Positions 1 to 13,803 are shown, numbered from the stretch's first letter. The stretch is 64,000 nucleotides of DNA from Camelus ferus (GCF_009834535.1 NC_045697.1:41852001-41916000); one strand, 5' to 3'. Numbers and translations are program-made. The notes: generated by a model from the letters alone, not told the origin.

Positions 1-49
1 CTGGTTAAGTCCTTCTTTTCCATGACGATGATTCTTGGAATCACCCTGA
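1..49 (-). other. Candidate spliced exon (runs off window) with possible start codon, MEKKDLT...
   Basis: Minus strand reads ttggctttgcctctgcag|TCAGGGTGATTCCAAGAATCATCGTCATGGAAAAGAAGGACTTAACCAG: pyrimidine-rich acceptor (AG at 51-50) and ATG at 23-21 in strong Kozak context (gtcATGG). Protein not recognised. Confidence 0.25.
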
Positions 50-454
50 CTGCAGAGGCAAAGCCAATTTGGGGAGCCATAGCAGACCAGATACTGTTTT
101 ATTTTAATGTTCACATGAATCACTCTATGTTGATTTACTGAATGCTCTCTGCATGAACACAGCTTAGTTGCAAAAAGCATTTATTCATTTTCAGGCAAAT
201 GTTACTGCTGTTACCACCAGACACCACTTACTGGTATCTTGTTATCGAAAAAGTGAGGAATTTCAAAATGAAGTGGTAGAAAACATTATTATTTATAATA
301 AAATGGCTTAAATGGATAGTGAAGGAATATCAATCGAGTAAAACACCATACACATGCGTTGGCTATCTAATGTGAGCTCAGGGGTCTGAGACCAACTGAC
401 GTACCCCCGTTGCCTTGCTCTTGTTCCATAAATGTTAGAGTTGTCTCCCTCACC

Positions 455-531
455 TCCCAAAGCTTAGTGCAGTGCTTTGTACAGCAGGCACTTAATCACA
501 TTTCTTGAATAAGTGACTAATTGAGGAATGA
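455..531 (+). mobile_element. L2 3' end fragment
   Basis: agcttagtgcagtgctttgtacagcaggcacttaatcacatttcttgaataagtga resembles the L2 terminal consensus (cctagcacagtgcctggcacatagtaggtgctcaataaatatttgttgaatgaatga). Confidence 0.65.
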
Positions 532-644
532 TATGTGTCTATGTGTTTTTCTGGTTATTCTATATTTCTCACCCTTGTGGTTAAGGAAGAACTTATTTTG
601 CTGTAGATGCTGAAGAAACAGTTAAAAGTGATCGCTGTTCCACT

Positions 645-790
645 TAAAGTTCTTAATTGCAAGCAAAAGAGATGTTAAAAATGAATTTAAGCAAATGGAG
701 AATTATTAGAATGTTATGTGCTCAGAATCAATGGGAGGTTAAGGATCAGGCTTCAGAGCTTCAGGGGACTAGAAAGGCAATTAGATAAAA
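645..790 (-). mobile_element. MaLR LTR fragment (MLT1K/L-like)
   Basis: ttcttaattgcaagcaaaaga...ttaagcaaa...gaattattagaa...gctcagaatcaatgggagg resembles the reverse-complemented 3' end of old MLT1 LTRs. Confidence 0.55.
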
Positions 791-1004
791 GTGAAAAGCA
801 GGGATCCAGAGGCATGGCACTCAGCCTACCACATAACTGACGTGTTACATTATGCATTTACTTCTGTATTCATGATGAAATTTTTTCTTGTAATTTGTGA
901 AATGAAAATAAATGCTTATAAAATCATCCTTGTTCTGCTTTCCTCACAGTGTTGGAATATCAAGGTAGTTCTTGCAAATAGTTTGTTCTTAGAAAGACAT
1001 GGCT

Positions 1005-1555
1005 AAGGAAACAAAAAGGCAAGCTCCACACTGAGACAAAATAGTCAAGAAATATATATCTATCTGACAAAAGACCTCTATCCATAATATGTAAAGAATT
1101 CTTAAAACACATTAATAGGAAGATAATAAGCCCTTTAAAAATTAGCAAAATGTGTAAATAGTAAACAAAGTAAGATATATGAAAGGCCAAAAGGTTCATA
1201 GATACTCAATGTCATTAGTCATCAGAAAAAATCAAATTAAAACCACAATGAAATTCCACTAAGCACCAACTAGAATAACCAAAACATTAAAAAAAAAAAA
1301 AAACTGACATTACTAAATGGTGGCAAAGATGTGAAGCAACAGGAATTCTCATACATTCTGTTGAGAATATAAAATGGTACAATCATTTTGAAAACAGTTG
1401 GTCAGTTTCTCACACAGTTAAAAATACACTTAGCAAATTACTCAGCCATTCCACAGCTGGTTTCACTCGGGAGAAATTTAAAACACGTCCACAAAAAGAA
1501 CTGTGCATGAATGTTCATAGTTGCTTTATTTGTAAGAGCCAAAAACTTGATCAAT
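1005..1555 (+). mobile_element. Old L1 (L1M-type) fragment, end of ORF2
   Basis: Degenerate L1 ORF2 C-terminal sequence: tcattagtcatcagaaaaaatcaaattaaaaccacaatga, ggcaaagatgtgaagcaacaggaattctcatacatt, aaaatggtacaatcattttgaaaacagttgg, gaatgttcatagttgctttatttgtaagagccaaaaact. Confidence 0.9.
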
Positions 1556-1884
1556 GGTATTAAAAACTGATTTTATATAGTAGACAGCACACACTTCTAG
1601 AGGCCAACTCCAAAGCCAAGGTAAGGGGATTAGGACCACCTTCTTAGCACCCTGCTTTTCTACACAGAAGGCAAACATCATGGAAGTCTCAGATTCTTCA
1701 TGGAGACTATTCGGCTCTCTGTGAAATTAGGCCTAGACATGCTGCTCTCATATTCGATCACTGTCACTCCAACACAGGATCAGTACATCTAGGCTTAATT
1801 TTAAAGAGAGTATTTTTCCTTTGTACCCAAGTCATGTTTGGTTACAACATTTTAGAATTAGATTGTCTGTGTGTTAGAGAAGAA

Positions 1885-2110
1885 AAGGGTAGATTTAGAG
1901 TCTGAAGAACTTAGTTCGTCTTTGTCTCAGGGCCTCTCACTTTCTAATGTACACCCACGTACACTCACATACACACAAATCATGTCTGACCATATTGGGC
2001 TAGCAATCTAATAAAAGCCAAAAATAATTTAATAAGAACAAACTCACAGGGTTACTGTGCATATCACATGAGATAATGCATAGAAAATTGTTTATCAAAT
2101 GGAAGGAGCC
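1885..2110 (+). mobile_element. MIR SINE, degenerate
   Basis: gatttagagtctgaagaacttagttc ... ctcacagggttactgtgcatatcacatgagataatgcat resembles the MIR head and post-core segment. Confidence 0.55.
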
Positions 2111-3469
2111 CTACCAACATTAGACAGTAGCTGCAGCCCTCAGGAGTGACGGTGGGAGGCTTTACACAAAGTAGATGACACCTGGTCACCTGGTACTATT
2201 GCTACAAGAACAAAACAAAGTTAACATAAAGCTGGGACCTCGAAAACCATAAGATCCAGTAAATAGTCCCTTGTTCTTAGGGTAACCTCAGAACTTTAAA
2301 GTTACTAAGTGGTGTTGTTTTTCTCCTAGAAATGCTGCCTGTTAGGTGCTGGACCTAATGACAGACATGGTTGAGTATCTATTTCGTATATTGTGAAGTC
2401 ATCCCTGAAAATATCATTTCAAGTGGCAGAACTCCAGAAGCCAAGTGCATATGAGATGGCTGAGCTCATCCACTGGCTCAGCATAAACACGGGTTCCACT
2501 TTGGACCTGGTGGAAGAAACATGGTCACTAAATTATGAGGCTTCTGGGCTTTCCAGGCTAAAGGAAAAAAGAGAAATAAAAGATGTAAGAAAAAGATAAA
2601 TTTATGGAGTTTTGGAACTTTCCAGAAGGAGTCTTAAAGACTTAGGGGTAATGTTTTATAACACCTTCCATTTTAAATAAAGTGGGAAAGGAAGGAAAAC
2701 GGAAACTTGGGAAAAGGGAAGAAATAACAATTTTCCCAAAATACGGCTGACAAGTGTGTTACTCTTAGAACTTTCCTCATTATCTTTTTTGTATTTGAAT
2801 TTACACTAGCTAACAACACATCAACACCACTATCCTAAAAGGCTCTTGAACCTAAAGAGTCTTTATCAGTCTTCATTCTATAGAAAGTTAATTTTCTAGT
2901 TTTCCATGTCTGTAAATTCAAAATGCTATTTGTCAAGTATATTTAAAATGCTGACCGTTATATACTGCCCCTGAGATTTCAATTCATGTGGATAAGATTT
3001 CTGTGGCAGACATAATTTCATGTCATTGTCTTCCCATATGTAAATATACACTTTGGATATTTCCTATGTCACATGAACAAATTTACAAGTGGTAGACATC
3101 TTGTCAGTCAGCCTGCATGTTTTTGATCTGCGGTACAGAGCAAGTGAGCCTCACAGCTCAGACAATGCGCTGAGCTGGGAGAAAAGTTACAGGGCACAAC
3201 ATAATTCTTCTGCAGCATTGGGATACATTAAACTATGAAACCTGCAACTCGAGGAATGGGTGATTATGTCCTTGGCAATGTTACCCACCAAATACCACCA
3301 GATCCTGAATCTTGAGCTCTCACACTGTGAATAAACAGATCATCACTTATTTGGCCAATGAGGACTATATGTGTGCCCTAATCTTTAACCTCGTCTGCCC
3401 CTTAAACTGGTTCCCTTGTAGCTCCTCTAACAAGCCAGGTGCACTCCCACATCTGAACCTATCCATCTG

Positions 3470-3826
3470 GACAGCTCATTACACAGCAATCTCCCTTAGG
3501 CTTTGGATCACAATTCACTTCAGAGAGGTGTGTCTTAATGATCCTATGTAAATTAGTACCCTACCTCATCCAATCTTTGCGCACGCTCTCTCTCTCTCTC
3601 ACTCTGCTATATCTTTCTCTATGAACCTTACTGCCTTGTATGCTTTACATGTATTTTATTAGGCATTATTTAGACATATAATACACTGTTATATACCTTC
3701 TGGTGTTTAGCATGTAAGATTATTGAAGGCAAGGAGTTAGTTTGATTCACTGCTATACTCCCAGTGCTCAGAATAATACTTATTACATGATACAAATTAA
3801 TATTAGTTAAATGAATGAAATAAATC
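3470..3826 (+). mobile_element. L2 (L2a-like) 3' end
   Basis: tagcatgtaagattattgaaggcaaggag...ttcactgctatactcccagtgctcagaata...ttagttaaatgaatgaaataaat is a typical L2 terminus. Confidence 0.8.
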
Positions 3827-5194
3827 AGGCAAATTTTCTGGGGATTCAAAATAATCAGGTGATATTTACTCCTTCTCATTAGAAATTGACTTCAGATCAA
3901 GCAAAGAATAAAATCTAGATACTGAAGTACTATATTGTTACAAAAATGTACTGGTAGAAATTTTTGCATGTACTCCAGAAAGTTTTAGTAAAAATTTGAT
4001 ATCTAGAAATTTCCAACATAGTTCATAAATGGATATGCTCTCAAAATTCCCCTTTTGTTTCCAGAACCAGCTGGCATCTAACATCTTTCAAAAGAACATA
4101 TTAATTTAGATTTACTTTGGCTGAATTATATTCTAGCCTTTGTAAGAGTTGAGCAATAAAGTGGTGGTAAAATTATCATAAATCTTGCTCTGATATCTTA
4201 TCTTGAAACAAAAATAGTTCTAAAGGTGGCCCTTTGACTGAAGGGTAACTTTCTATTTAACTTTATTTCAGATATCAAACTGTGCAAATCCGTTTCCTTA
4301 TTGCTTTTCCTAATTAAAAGGCCAGAAATCATTTTTTTTTTCAGAGACCCATGGCTTGGTGATGAAAAAAGTATTGAAATTCTGACAAATTATCTTTATC
4401 CAAGATTACAAGGTAGAGTGAAAGTTGGTTAATAACCTCACTGTGATGTGTGAGAATGACCCCATTACCATTCAGTGGGAATGAATTGATGGTTTTATAG
4501 CTATTCCAATAGGAAATGTAAAGTATTGACTTCAAAAAAGCACTTCCCTAACCCTAATGATGCATAGTAAGAGATTTATGTGGTACTGTGTGACTCATTT
4601 TACAGCACTAGCAGAAGGTAAGAGATCAAAGCAGTATCTCTCAAAAAACATCATTAATCAGAAATCCTGATGTGATTGTGAAATGCTGAGTTCCCCATCC
4701 TCCTACCTCACTGAAAGCAGAGCAGAGGGCAGAGACACGGTGTCTTAAGAAGGCAGCTTTTTAAAATTTATTGATTTATTTATCTATTTATTTATTTATT
4801 TATTCATTTTTGCCTTCTAGCAATGTCGATAACATTCCATAAATAAGAAAAAAATAACCAGAAATATAAAAAGATCATGTTTTTACTTTAAAAGATATAA
4901 TCACCAATAAACCTTGATACCTTCTTAGCTAAATCAGCCTTTCTAGTGAGTTTGAGATTTTTGCTCTTTAGAAAAAAATGAGTCCTAGTGTAGCCCCCCA
5001 TACCCGCCAGTGGGAGCTGTTCTTCTTTTCCTTAGTTTTTCTTAACTCTAGTAACACAAGTGGGAGGTTCCAGCCCACAGTTTCGCACTTATTATTTGTT
5101 TAACTTAGAAGGTTGCGTTGCTACCTCTCCCTGAATGATGTGGATGCTGCTGAGAAACACTGCTATGTCTTAAGCGTGTCTAATGAAAGCAAAA

Positions 5195-5310
5195 TGAGAG
5201 GAAGACTGACCTGTGCTGGCATGGGCTCTGCCACTTCCTGGCTACGGGACTTTAGTGAGCTGCTTGATCTCTATTGGTCTTAGTTTTCTTAATCCTAATG
5301 TGCTAAGTTC
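5195..5310 (+). mobile_element. MIR SINE fragment
   Basis: ggctctgccacttcctggctacgggactttagtgagctgcttgatctctattggtcttagttttct resembles the MIR core. Confidence 0.65.
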
Positions 5311-6104
5311 AACATATATGTAATCTAATAAATAAATAAAATAATAAAAGAAAGAAATAAAATAATAAAATAGAATATTTTGCTCTTTTTTAAAGATCAG
5401 TGTCAGTACACACATCCCCCACTCCACCTTGCTCAGTCACAACACACACACTTGCACGTTTGCACACCCATGTGCATGTACACACACTCACATTTTATCT
5501 CCATTGTAGGAACACAAAACAACATAGAATAATTTTTATCCTGAAAACAATTGAATTTTACTCTAATTACAGTTGCATATTTTTCCAATCTAATAATAAT
5601 GTAATATATTCCATGTCATATTCAATATTGCACTATTAATTCTACAGAACAAAGTATATTAAAGAAAACTTCCTCCAGGTATTGACAAAAGTCACATGAA
5701 AAAATGTTGATTTGTGAGAAAAATTTAGCTTTGAATAAACAAATTTCCACAACATGTCTCTCCATGAATTTAAATGAATCTATATTGGTGAGAAATTGTT
5801 TTAAAATACAAAGTTATGTATAAAGAATCTTTGTTTCTTTCCTTATTTTTATTATGCACCAATCTCTAAGTTCAGATTTATCCCATCAGTTAGAATTAGT
5901 GGTCAAGCAGTACTGGTGTCCTTTGGTTTAAACTTTATTATCTCATTAGCTAAGGAAAGTCAACATTATTCAGAGAATGACTAAAAACCACCATCTGTCT
6001 TCTGATCTACAATGGATGAGCCGAAAGACTTAAAATCCAAATTCATGAATCTACCGTCAAATTTTTCTTATCATAATGTCTCTCTGACCCTTCTGTTATT
6101 TGCA

Positions 6105-6190
6105 TCTTGATTTGGATATTAGCTCTGCCACTTACTAGCTATTTGACTTCTCCTTACCTGTAAATCACAGATAATAGCAGAACATAGAAC
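6105..6190 (+). mobile_element. MIR SINE fragment
   Basis: agctctgccacttactagct...ctgtaaa...gataatagca. Confidence 0.6.
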
Positions 6191-6799
6191 TAGACTGCAG
6201 GTTTCCTGACACACGGTGCAGTTTTAATTCCAGTCATCTATTTTTATGTTATTAGACATGTAGAGAAAATAAAAGAGCTATCGGACTAATCTAGCATTTT
6301 AATGGCAGTATTAACCTAAATAGAAAGTCTTATTGTACCATCAATCTAATCTTTTAAAAACTTAAAAGCAGTCATAAAAAGTCTAATAGTAACTTGCATA
6401 TTTGACTCAATAATGACTAATTTATCACTTTGCCCATGAGTTCATTTCTTAGGGATAATTACAAGAAAAGGATACTTTTAACCCTATCCATTTTAATTTT
6501 TTATACTTTTAAAATTTCTTACTTAGGTATCTAATATTCATTCCTTCCAAAACTTTCCATTTTTTACCTTAGTAAGAAATATGAAAAGTTGTAAAGGGCG
6601 AGAACAAAAATGGAAATGAAAGACACAAAAACTTTTGAGTAAATTATGGATGGGGAAAGACTAGAGGCCATTTATAAATAAATATTTGTTGATTATACAA
6701 TTTTTAAATATCTTCACAGGAAATGCGGTATTTCTTAATGTGAGTTTTTAAATGTTTACTGCTAACTCCAACTGGCCAATGGTAAGTATATTTAGCATT

Positions 6800-7016
6800 A
6801 CCAAGAGTAGTCAATGGTGTGGCCTGACTGAGTTTGGAGTCAAAATCCCATTTACTGTATGTGGGGTTTGGGTTGGGTTATTTGATCTCTCTCAGTCTCA
6901 GTCTTCCATGTGTACATCAGGGCTACTGATAGCACCCTACCAACAAGTGGGGAGGACCGTATGAGACCAGTTACACAATCACTTGGCACAGTTAGACGCT
7001 CGATCAACATAAGCTC
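6800..7016 (+). mobile_element. MIR SINE
   Basis: tttggagtcaaa...ttatttgatctctctcagtctcagtcttcc...gatagcacc...cacttggcacagt...gctcgatcaacataagct. Confidence 0.65.
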
Positions 7017-7319
7017 CCTTCCTCTTTCCCGAATGCCAGCTGGCTGGCAGACCACATTAAGCAAAAAAGGAAGCTATGTTCTCCTTTTTCCAGACAGCTG
7101 GTAATCCAGACATCACAAGCCTTCTACAAACAATGTTGACTTATTTTTGCCACAGCTGATGTGTATACAATGTGCCTTGCCAGCTCTCCTCATGGGTTGC
7201 ATTCATGACCACAGAATAACTGACTTGTTTTTCTTTATTGCTCCTCATTTTATGGGACCCAATTGAGGTAAAGTGGCAGTTTCATTATGTTTTGTACATT
7301 TCACAGATCTGGAGGACTT

Positions 7320-7530
7320 TATTTATTGTCTTGTAGTAACAACAGTACAAAGGTTTTACATTGGTTAGCCCCCACCACAACCCTCTGATGTGTCTAATGT
7401 TAACCCTTCCAATCTGTGGATGCGGCCACTAAGAAAAACAGATTTAGTAATGCGCCCAGCATCACCCGGGTAACCAGAGTCAGGGTTTGAATTGAGATGT
7501 CCTGACTCCAGAGTCCATGCTCTGAACTCA
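7320..7530 (-). mobile_element. MIR SINE
   Basis: ccacaaccctctgatg...tgcccagcatcacccgg...cagagtcagggtttgaattgagatgtcctgactccagagtccatgctctgaac (reverse MIR). Confidence 0.7.
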
Positions 7531-7964
7531 GAAATGAAGGGGAGAGCTGGATGTGCCCACAGAGTGAACTTAGGCCTTAAATTCCCTTCTACTTCCCACA
7601 GTACTCAACTGAGGGGTCAGGGTCAGGAGTAGAACACATCACCAAATACCTGAATGATGTTAATTATGCATTTATGTCAAAAGAGAACCCGACTTTCCTC
7701 CTGAGGGGCACCCATGCATCTCCTCTATATCACTCAAGTACGGTACCTGTGGGATACACATTCAACAGGCAACACATTTTGTACCCTACCTAAAACAGTA
7801 AATAGTTCAGAGGCATATTCCACATCTTTTTGGTCTCTTGTACCTATGGAGAAAGGACCATATAAGCAGGCTTGAGTGTAAATGCTCAGAAAGAATAGTG
7901 TCTGGTACATAGTGAGAAATATATTAGTTATAATTTTTATTAATATTATTATTATTTACAATTC

Positions 7965-8212
7965 AGAGGCTGCATAGCATAGTATTTGAAAGCCCAGATT
8001 TGGAAGCCAGACTGCCTGGGTTCTGATCCCAAACGCACTCTTCACTAGTCAAGGCCTTGGATAAGTCATTATTTAACCTCTTCAGTTTTCTCATCTATGA
8101 AATGAGAATAACAGACCTTACCTTCTTGGGTAACAGTAAGAATTACCTGGAATACTTTCTGGCTTATATAAACCCCATACAAGTATTAGATATTGTTATT
8201 GTTATCATCATG
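7965..8212 (+). mobile_element. MIR SINE, near full length
   Basis: gaggctgcatagcatagt...tttggaagccagactgcctgggttc...ccttggataagtcattatttaacctcttcagttttctcatctatgaaatgagaataac. Confidence 0.9.
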
Positions 8213-8559
8213 AACTGTATTTTACTATAGCAATAGTATTATTTGCTTGCTCATTTTTGTTTGTTTTTAGTAGAATTTTTTCTCCAAATGAAATTAGGCA
8301 CAGCCAGTATATAAACAGCAGATGTTATATTGTATGGCAATGTCCAAAAAGCCATTTTTGTCTGGTTAAAAAGTGGTGAGAACTTCCTCCCCTGACCTCG
8401 CCCTAGCATACCTGAATATAAAACACATTCAGGGAGCACATTTCATCCATCAGTGGTAAACAGGCCTGGGCACCAGCAGGGTGCTCCTTGGCTATAAAGC
8501 TGAACAGAGGAGGGCTGGTTTAGCAAGCACTGACTGAAGAGCTCCTGGCCTCTCTGGTC

Positions 8560-8720
8560 TCAGGGCCAACTGAGTTTGGACTCAGCCTCTGCCATTTGAT
8601 AGCTGGGGAAGTATTCCATCCTTCTAACGCTCAGCTGTTTCCTTTGCTGTGAGATGGAAATGACACTACGGCCACTACACAGGGTTGTATTTGGGTAAAG
8701 AAAAGCCTAGTGTAATTATT
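8560..8720 (+). mobile_element. MIR SINE fragment
   Basis: ctgagtttggactcagcctctgccattt...ctcagctgtttcctttgctgtgagatggaaatgac...acagggttgt. Confidence 0.6.
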
Positions 8721-11573
8721 TTTATCATCTTAATGACACACAAGCCTCAAATTATTGGTGTTCAAAGAATCTAAAAAGAGAATTCTTCCATGACTACTTC
8801 CTCCTTTAAAAAGTCTTTAAAAGTGTGAAATGAAATGAAATGATTATTAAAAATAACGTCCTCTACTTTTATCCATCTGGGAGAAACAGGAGGCTTCACA
8901 ATGCACTATATTTGTTTAAAATAGGAGGCATTAGTAGTTGATTTCAGGGTTTAAAAATCTACCCATATGCCCTATTTTAAGTAAATTATATTATTTGGAT
9001 ATGTCAAAATTTGTACTGAAAAGCACACAGACATGCATTTTGAAAACTACATATTTTAACCAAATTCATACCAATGTTGAAAGACGTGTACTTATTTCAA
9101 CAGAGCTTAAAATGATAGCTTTTGAATATTTTAAACTGTTTCTCATTCACATTAACCAAATATCAGTTGTCTTAAAGCTGAGAGAAAATTAATTACAACA
9201 GAAAGTTTTGCAATACGTTCTCCCTCAAGAATACACAGCGATATGAAGTAAACAGATGTACGCTAGAACGACTGAACTCACTAGGAAAAAGAAGACAATT
9301 GCAGGGTCCCTGCTCCCTTTCACATTAAAAAATCCCTGTAGTAACGTTTTATAAGTCAAAAAGAAATTTCCTCTTCACACATTTCCTACAATTCTTAATT
9401 AATTACTAGCCTTGAGATATAAACTTGAATTAGAGTAATGAATGTAAGCTTTCTTGCCTGACAGGATGACCTTAAGTGTGCCCAATAAGTAAACAAAATA
9501 TAAGTATAAAAAGAGACCGAGAAACAGTAACAATGTGGCCGATGCAAAGAACTGTGCCATGTTATACAGCTCCATCCCATCTGAAGTTCAGTGAATCTTT
9601 TCACACTGTTAGGAAGGACGGCAAAGGATCCACCCTCTCTCCTAGAAGCTCTCCTAGTAGAGACTCAACCCAACCCATTTCAAGAGTAAGGATTTTCGAG
9701 TTGCAGGAGACTACAGCATACTTTGTCTGTGTTCGTTCAATTACTAGAAACACCAGTTGTGGGAGAAGTTTCCTGTTTTATCTGGTCTTTGGCCACAGGT
9801 TACCTGCTAAAATATGTGACAATCTGTAGACATTCAAATGAATTGATAGGCACTTCCTCTGTTCTTACTGCTGTAGTCACAGATTCATGAGGGTGTTTTT
9901 CATCATAAGATACTGTAAATTTTTAATAGGTGTCCTCTACTGAACAGACAGAAACAGGCTCTACTGAGTGAAAATATTCTGCTGAACAATCATTCTAGAT
10001 CCCACTTAAAGACTAATAACAGGCAGCTCTAAAATGGAACTTCGGCAAATGAAACAAAACAACACCCTCCGTGGTTTCTCTATGAGATATTAAGGTAGCT
10101 ACTGTAATGTCATCATTTGTAAGGACTTTGGAACACTTGGGTGACCAAATCCAAAAAAAGAAGAGACTAAAATCAAATAAGGCACCAAAATAATCAGCAG
10201 TTTCATGTTGGATAAATTGATACATGCTGTCTAATTATGTAATCAATGTGTCTCTCCATCTACGTCTACTCTTTATTCGTGGGACTTTGTAATATGGATA
10301 ATCTCCTTTTGATCAAGTGACATATGGCTTTAAGACAGCTGAGGGCCATTACCCACAAACTGTGTCACGGTGTGAAATCCAATTCATATTTGAATTTTGA
10401 ATTATAGAAGCTGTATTTCAATAATGTTGGTCCATCACAGGTGGGGTGTTTATTGTTCAAAAATTTCACACTCTGTGGGCTTCCTTTCAATACGCAAAGT
10501 CAGAGCCATAACCATCAGGTCCAATCCTGCTAAATATTCAAAGCCTTGTATACACAACAGTTATGAATGAGAAACAAGTCATGTGAAAAATAACATGGGA
10601 TAAGGCATGGCACCTGTGCAGTAGGACAGGCGGTTGGAATGCTGTGTGCACAGGGCCACACGGTTCATCACACCTTGCATGGCTGCTGGGCCCAGCATCC
10701 ATGCTGAAAGCTTATCTCTTCTTCATGGCTTTTAATTACACAAGCTCACTGCTTAAAGGCAAGATTTAAAATGAGATTCAGGAAAAATGATTCCTCATGT
10801 CCCTTGAGTAATTGTGAACCTGGAGCTCGTGTTCTTAAGCAATATTTTTTCAGAGTTTACTTAACTTTATTTGGTCACAATTTTTTTTGTTTTTGTTTTA
10901 TTCTGTTTTCTCCAGACAGATACAGATCCACTGAATTTATTTAAGAAAGGTACTTTATACCTTCTAAGTTAATTCCAGCTAAAATTAGCATTTATTTTGC
11001 ATCTGCTTGGTCAACAGAGTGAAATTATTTTATTCTGGAAAATATTTTACTCTCCAAAATGTCGGAATTATAATCAGGCAAATGCAGGCTTAATGCAGTG
11101 AAAAAGAAGTTCTATGTGAACATACACACTGTTACCAGGGATTCAAATGTGAGTAAATAATACTGATAACTGGTGTGAACAACTAGAAAGTCTTATCCTC
11201 TGATATCCAAATTCTAATCAATAGAGACACCTTCCTCTTTGAGAAAGGTACTTGGATGCAAGGACTATGTTAAGTAATACATGTTTACAAATTGCTAATT
11301 TTTATGTTTAAAGATATTTTATGCAATTATTTCTATTGAGTCTATTCTGTTTCATTATGATTTCCCAAAGCCATGGGAGTAGCTGCCATTTTTAGTTCAC
11401 TGCCATTGTTGTTTCCCCTTCCCTCTGGATTTAAGCAGACATCAAACATTTATCAGATGTTCAGATTAGATTTATCTATGGACACTGTTAGTGAGAATGC
11501 CATGCATAATGCCCATGTTGTGGCAACTTACCTACAATTTTTATTAGAACTGAATATAGGCCAGAACAACAGC

Positions 11574-11596
11574 AATAATAATAATAATAATAATAA
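11574..11596 (+). repeat. (AAT)7 microsatellite
   Basis: Read directly from the sequence. Confidence 0.95.
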
Positions 11597-11919
11597 AGTG
11601 AGGAGCTCAGCTCAGCCAGAGACAGAAGCAAGGAGAGGAAGAGCAGAAACATCCAAGGTATGTCTTCATGTGAATAAAGAAGCCAGCAGGTGCATGGAAA
11701 CAGTGTGGAGTCAGGGAGGGAGGGTATGGGGAGCATTTTATTCGGTTGCTACCTGAAAGGAAATGTGCCTAAAATATATCATTGGAGAAGTTCCCCTTAA
11801 AGAAAGAGAAGGCACATCTGCAGTAAAATTCGTCAATGCAATAAAAGAGTTTTTAAAAACACATTTTTAAGTAGTTATTTTGGCCTTTTAATGAGATATT
11901 CAGAATGATTACTTGTTTC

Positions 11920-12162
11920 TTGAGAGGCAGTATCCACGGTGGCAATGCACATGGGGTCTGGAATCAGTTCTGGAGCGCTGACTCTGACACTGATTGACAT
12001 GAGTTGCCATGAGTTATTTAACCTCTTTCTGCCCCAATTTCCTCATCTGCACAATTTCCTCATCTGTAATTTATAACATTGTTGTAAGAATTAAAAGTGC
12101 TTAAGTATGTAAAGTGCTTAGGAAAGTGGCTGGCCCACAGGAGCAATGCATGTTCATTATTC
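11920..12162 (+). mobile_element. MIR SINE, near full length, with internal 15-bp duplication
   Basis: gagaggcagtat...ctggaatcag...gttatttaacctctttctgccccaatttcctcatctg...tgtaaagtgcttaggaaagtggctggcccaca; caatttcctcatctg occurs at 12035-12049 and 12052-12066. Confidence 0.9.
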
Positions 12163-13587
12163 TATCCTGACATTGTTCAAATCCAATAAAGAACACTAGC
12201 AGAAAAGATGATCAAGATGATTAAATGATGCTGCTAGCACATTTTCAAAGTATGGCGTTACTACTTAATACAGAGATAAAGCTAACAGATCCAGAATACT
12301 CATACTTATCTGGGAATCTAAGCCAAATACAGACCTCAAGAGGAGGTGGTACAAATGTTACCCAGTTACACAGGTTCATCCCCATGTAGGAAAATGTATC
12401 TGCAATACTATCCACAGTATGGCAGTTTTAATGGAATCCGAATGTGGTTCACGTTGCATATTTGCTGATTTCCTGGATTTTAGGGGAGCAGATCCCTCCT
12501 GAGCATATTTTAATGCTGTGAACACTCATATGTCACTTAAAGTCTCCAGTTCCATGAGAATCGTGCCCTCAGAATTCATCTCAGAAAGCTGTATTTGTTC
12601 CCCTGCTGTTATAAGCATTTGTCCAAGCAGACTCCAGGACACTCCAGGACAAAGTTAAATTATGCCTCTTTTATTTTAAAGTTTTATTCTTCCATTTGCC
12701 TTCATGCAACATAGACTCTACAATCACAGCTTCTGGCTGAAATACATTTTTAGGGGAGCACAAAGACTATGGGGCAGAAAAGGCAGAAATAAGTGAAGCA
12801 AGAGCTCACATGTTTTTAATAACTTAGAAGATGATGCTGTAAACCCAAATGCCTCTTCCTCAATACTAGAGGACGTTTTATTTCCTCAATGGACCTTATT
12901 TCAGGATTAAGTTGTATGACTTAGCGAGCTGAGTTCACTTAAATTGCACACCAGGTTGGCAGAAAAGAAGCAACTTACATAAGCGAAGTAAGACTAGGAG
13001 AAAGAATCTGAGTGCTCTCTGTATACGATGGTCTTCTGAGTTCACTCCCAAGAGATAATCTACAGAAATTAATGATAACTGAAACTTAACTCCTAAAACT
13101 TTCCACAGAGATCAATATTCTCTTTATAAATAACTGTGTCATAGCTGTGCTGGAATCATGGTCTACACTTGCTAAGTGCATATATTAATGGGGCCCCTGC
13201 ACATAAACACTGCTCTTTTAAATTTTCCTTTTTGGCATTTGCAGAAGGGACTTTTATTTTCTGAGCGAGAACAGCTCTTAAACTTCACTGTTTTAATAAG
13301 AAATAGCTGGGGATTTAGGTACAGATGCAGATTCTCATTCTGTGGGGCACCTTACAACTCCAATTACAACATTTCCATTTACAATCTCTGTAAGACAACT
13401 ATGTTTCATTCTGTATCTTTACATTAAGGTATATGTTTACAAACTTGTCAGTTAGATAAACTAAGTGTGTAAGATGACTAAATAGAAAAAAACATTCACA
13501 GACATTTTCCTCCATGTTATTTGGATGTGTTATTTCTGGTAGACATGTCCAAAGTTTCACTGTTTTTTCAGTAGATCAAAAATAAAT

Positions 13588-13803
13588 GACATAAACTGGT
13601 ATTTCAAAATGTAGAATAGATAAACAAGATTGTACTGTGTAGCACAGGGAAATATATACAGGATCTTGTGGTAGCTCACAGCGAAAGAGAATGTGACAAT
13701 GAATGTATGTAGGTTCATATATAACTGAAAAATTGTGTTCTACACTGGAATTTGACACAACATTGTAAAATGGCTATAACTCAATAAAAAATGTTAAAAA
13801 AAA
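13588..13803 (+). mobile_element. 5'-truncated young L1 3' end (camelid L1_Vpa-like)
   Basis: actgtgtagcacagggaaatatatacaggatcttgtggtagctcacagcg...ctacactggaatttgacacaacattgtaaaatggctataactcaataaaaaatgttaaaaaaaa (AATAAA plus A-tail). Possible TSD aaaaataaat at 13578-13587 and 13799-13808. Confidence 0.85.

Noticed and set aside
1005..1555. Potentially active L1
   Set aside because: Short, heavily mutated fragment; every L1 piece in the window is 5'-truncated with no intact ORF.
3152..3175. 8-bp inverted repeat cagctcag...ctgagctg
   Set aside because: Several 8-bp stems with short loops are expected by chance in 64 kb; too short for a pre-miRNA.
11373..11756. 127-aa ORF with poly-Asn
   Set aside because: The poly-Asn is the (AAT)7 microsatellite; no homology recognised.
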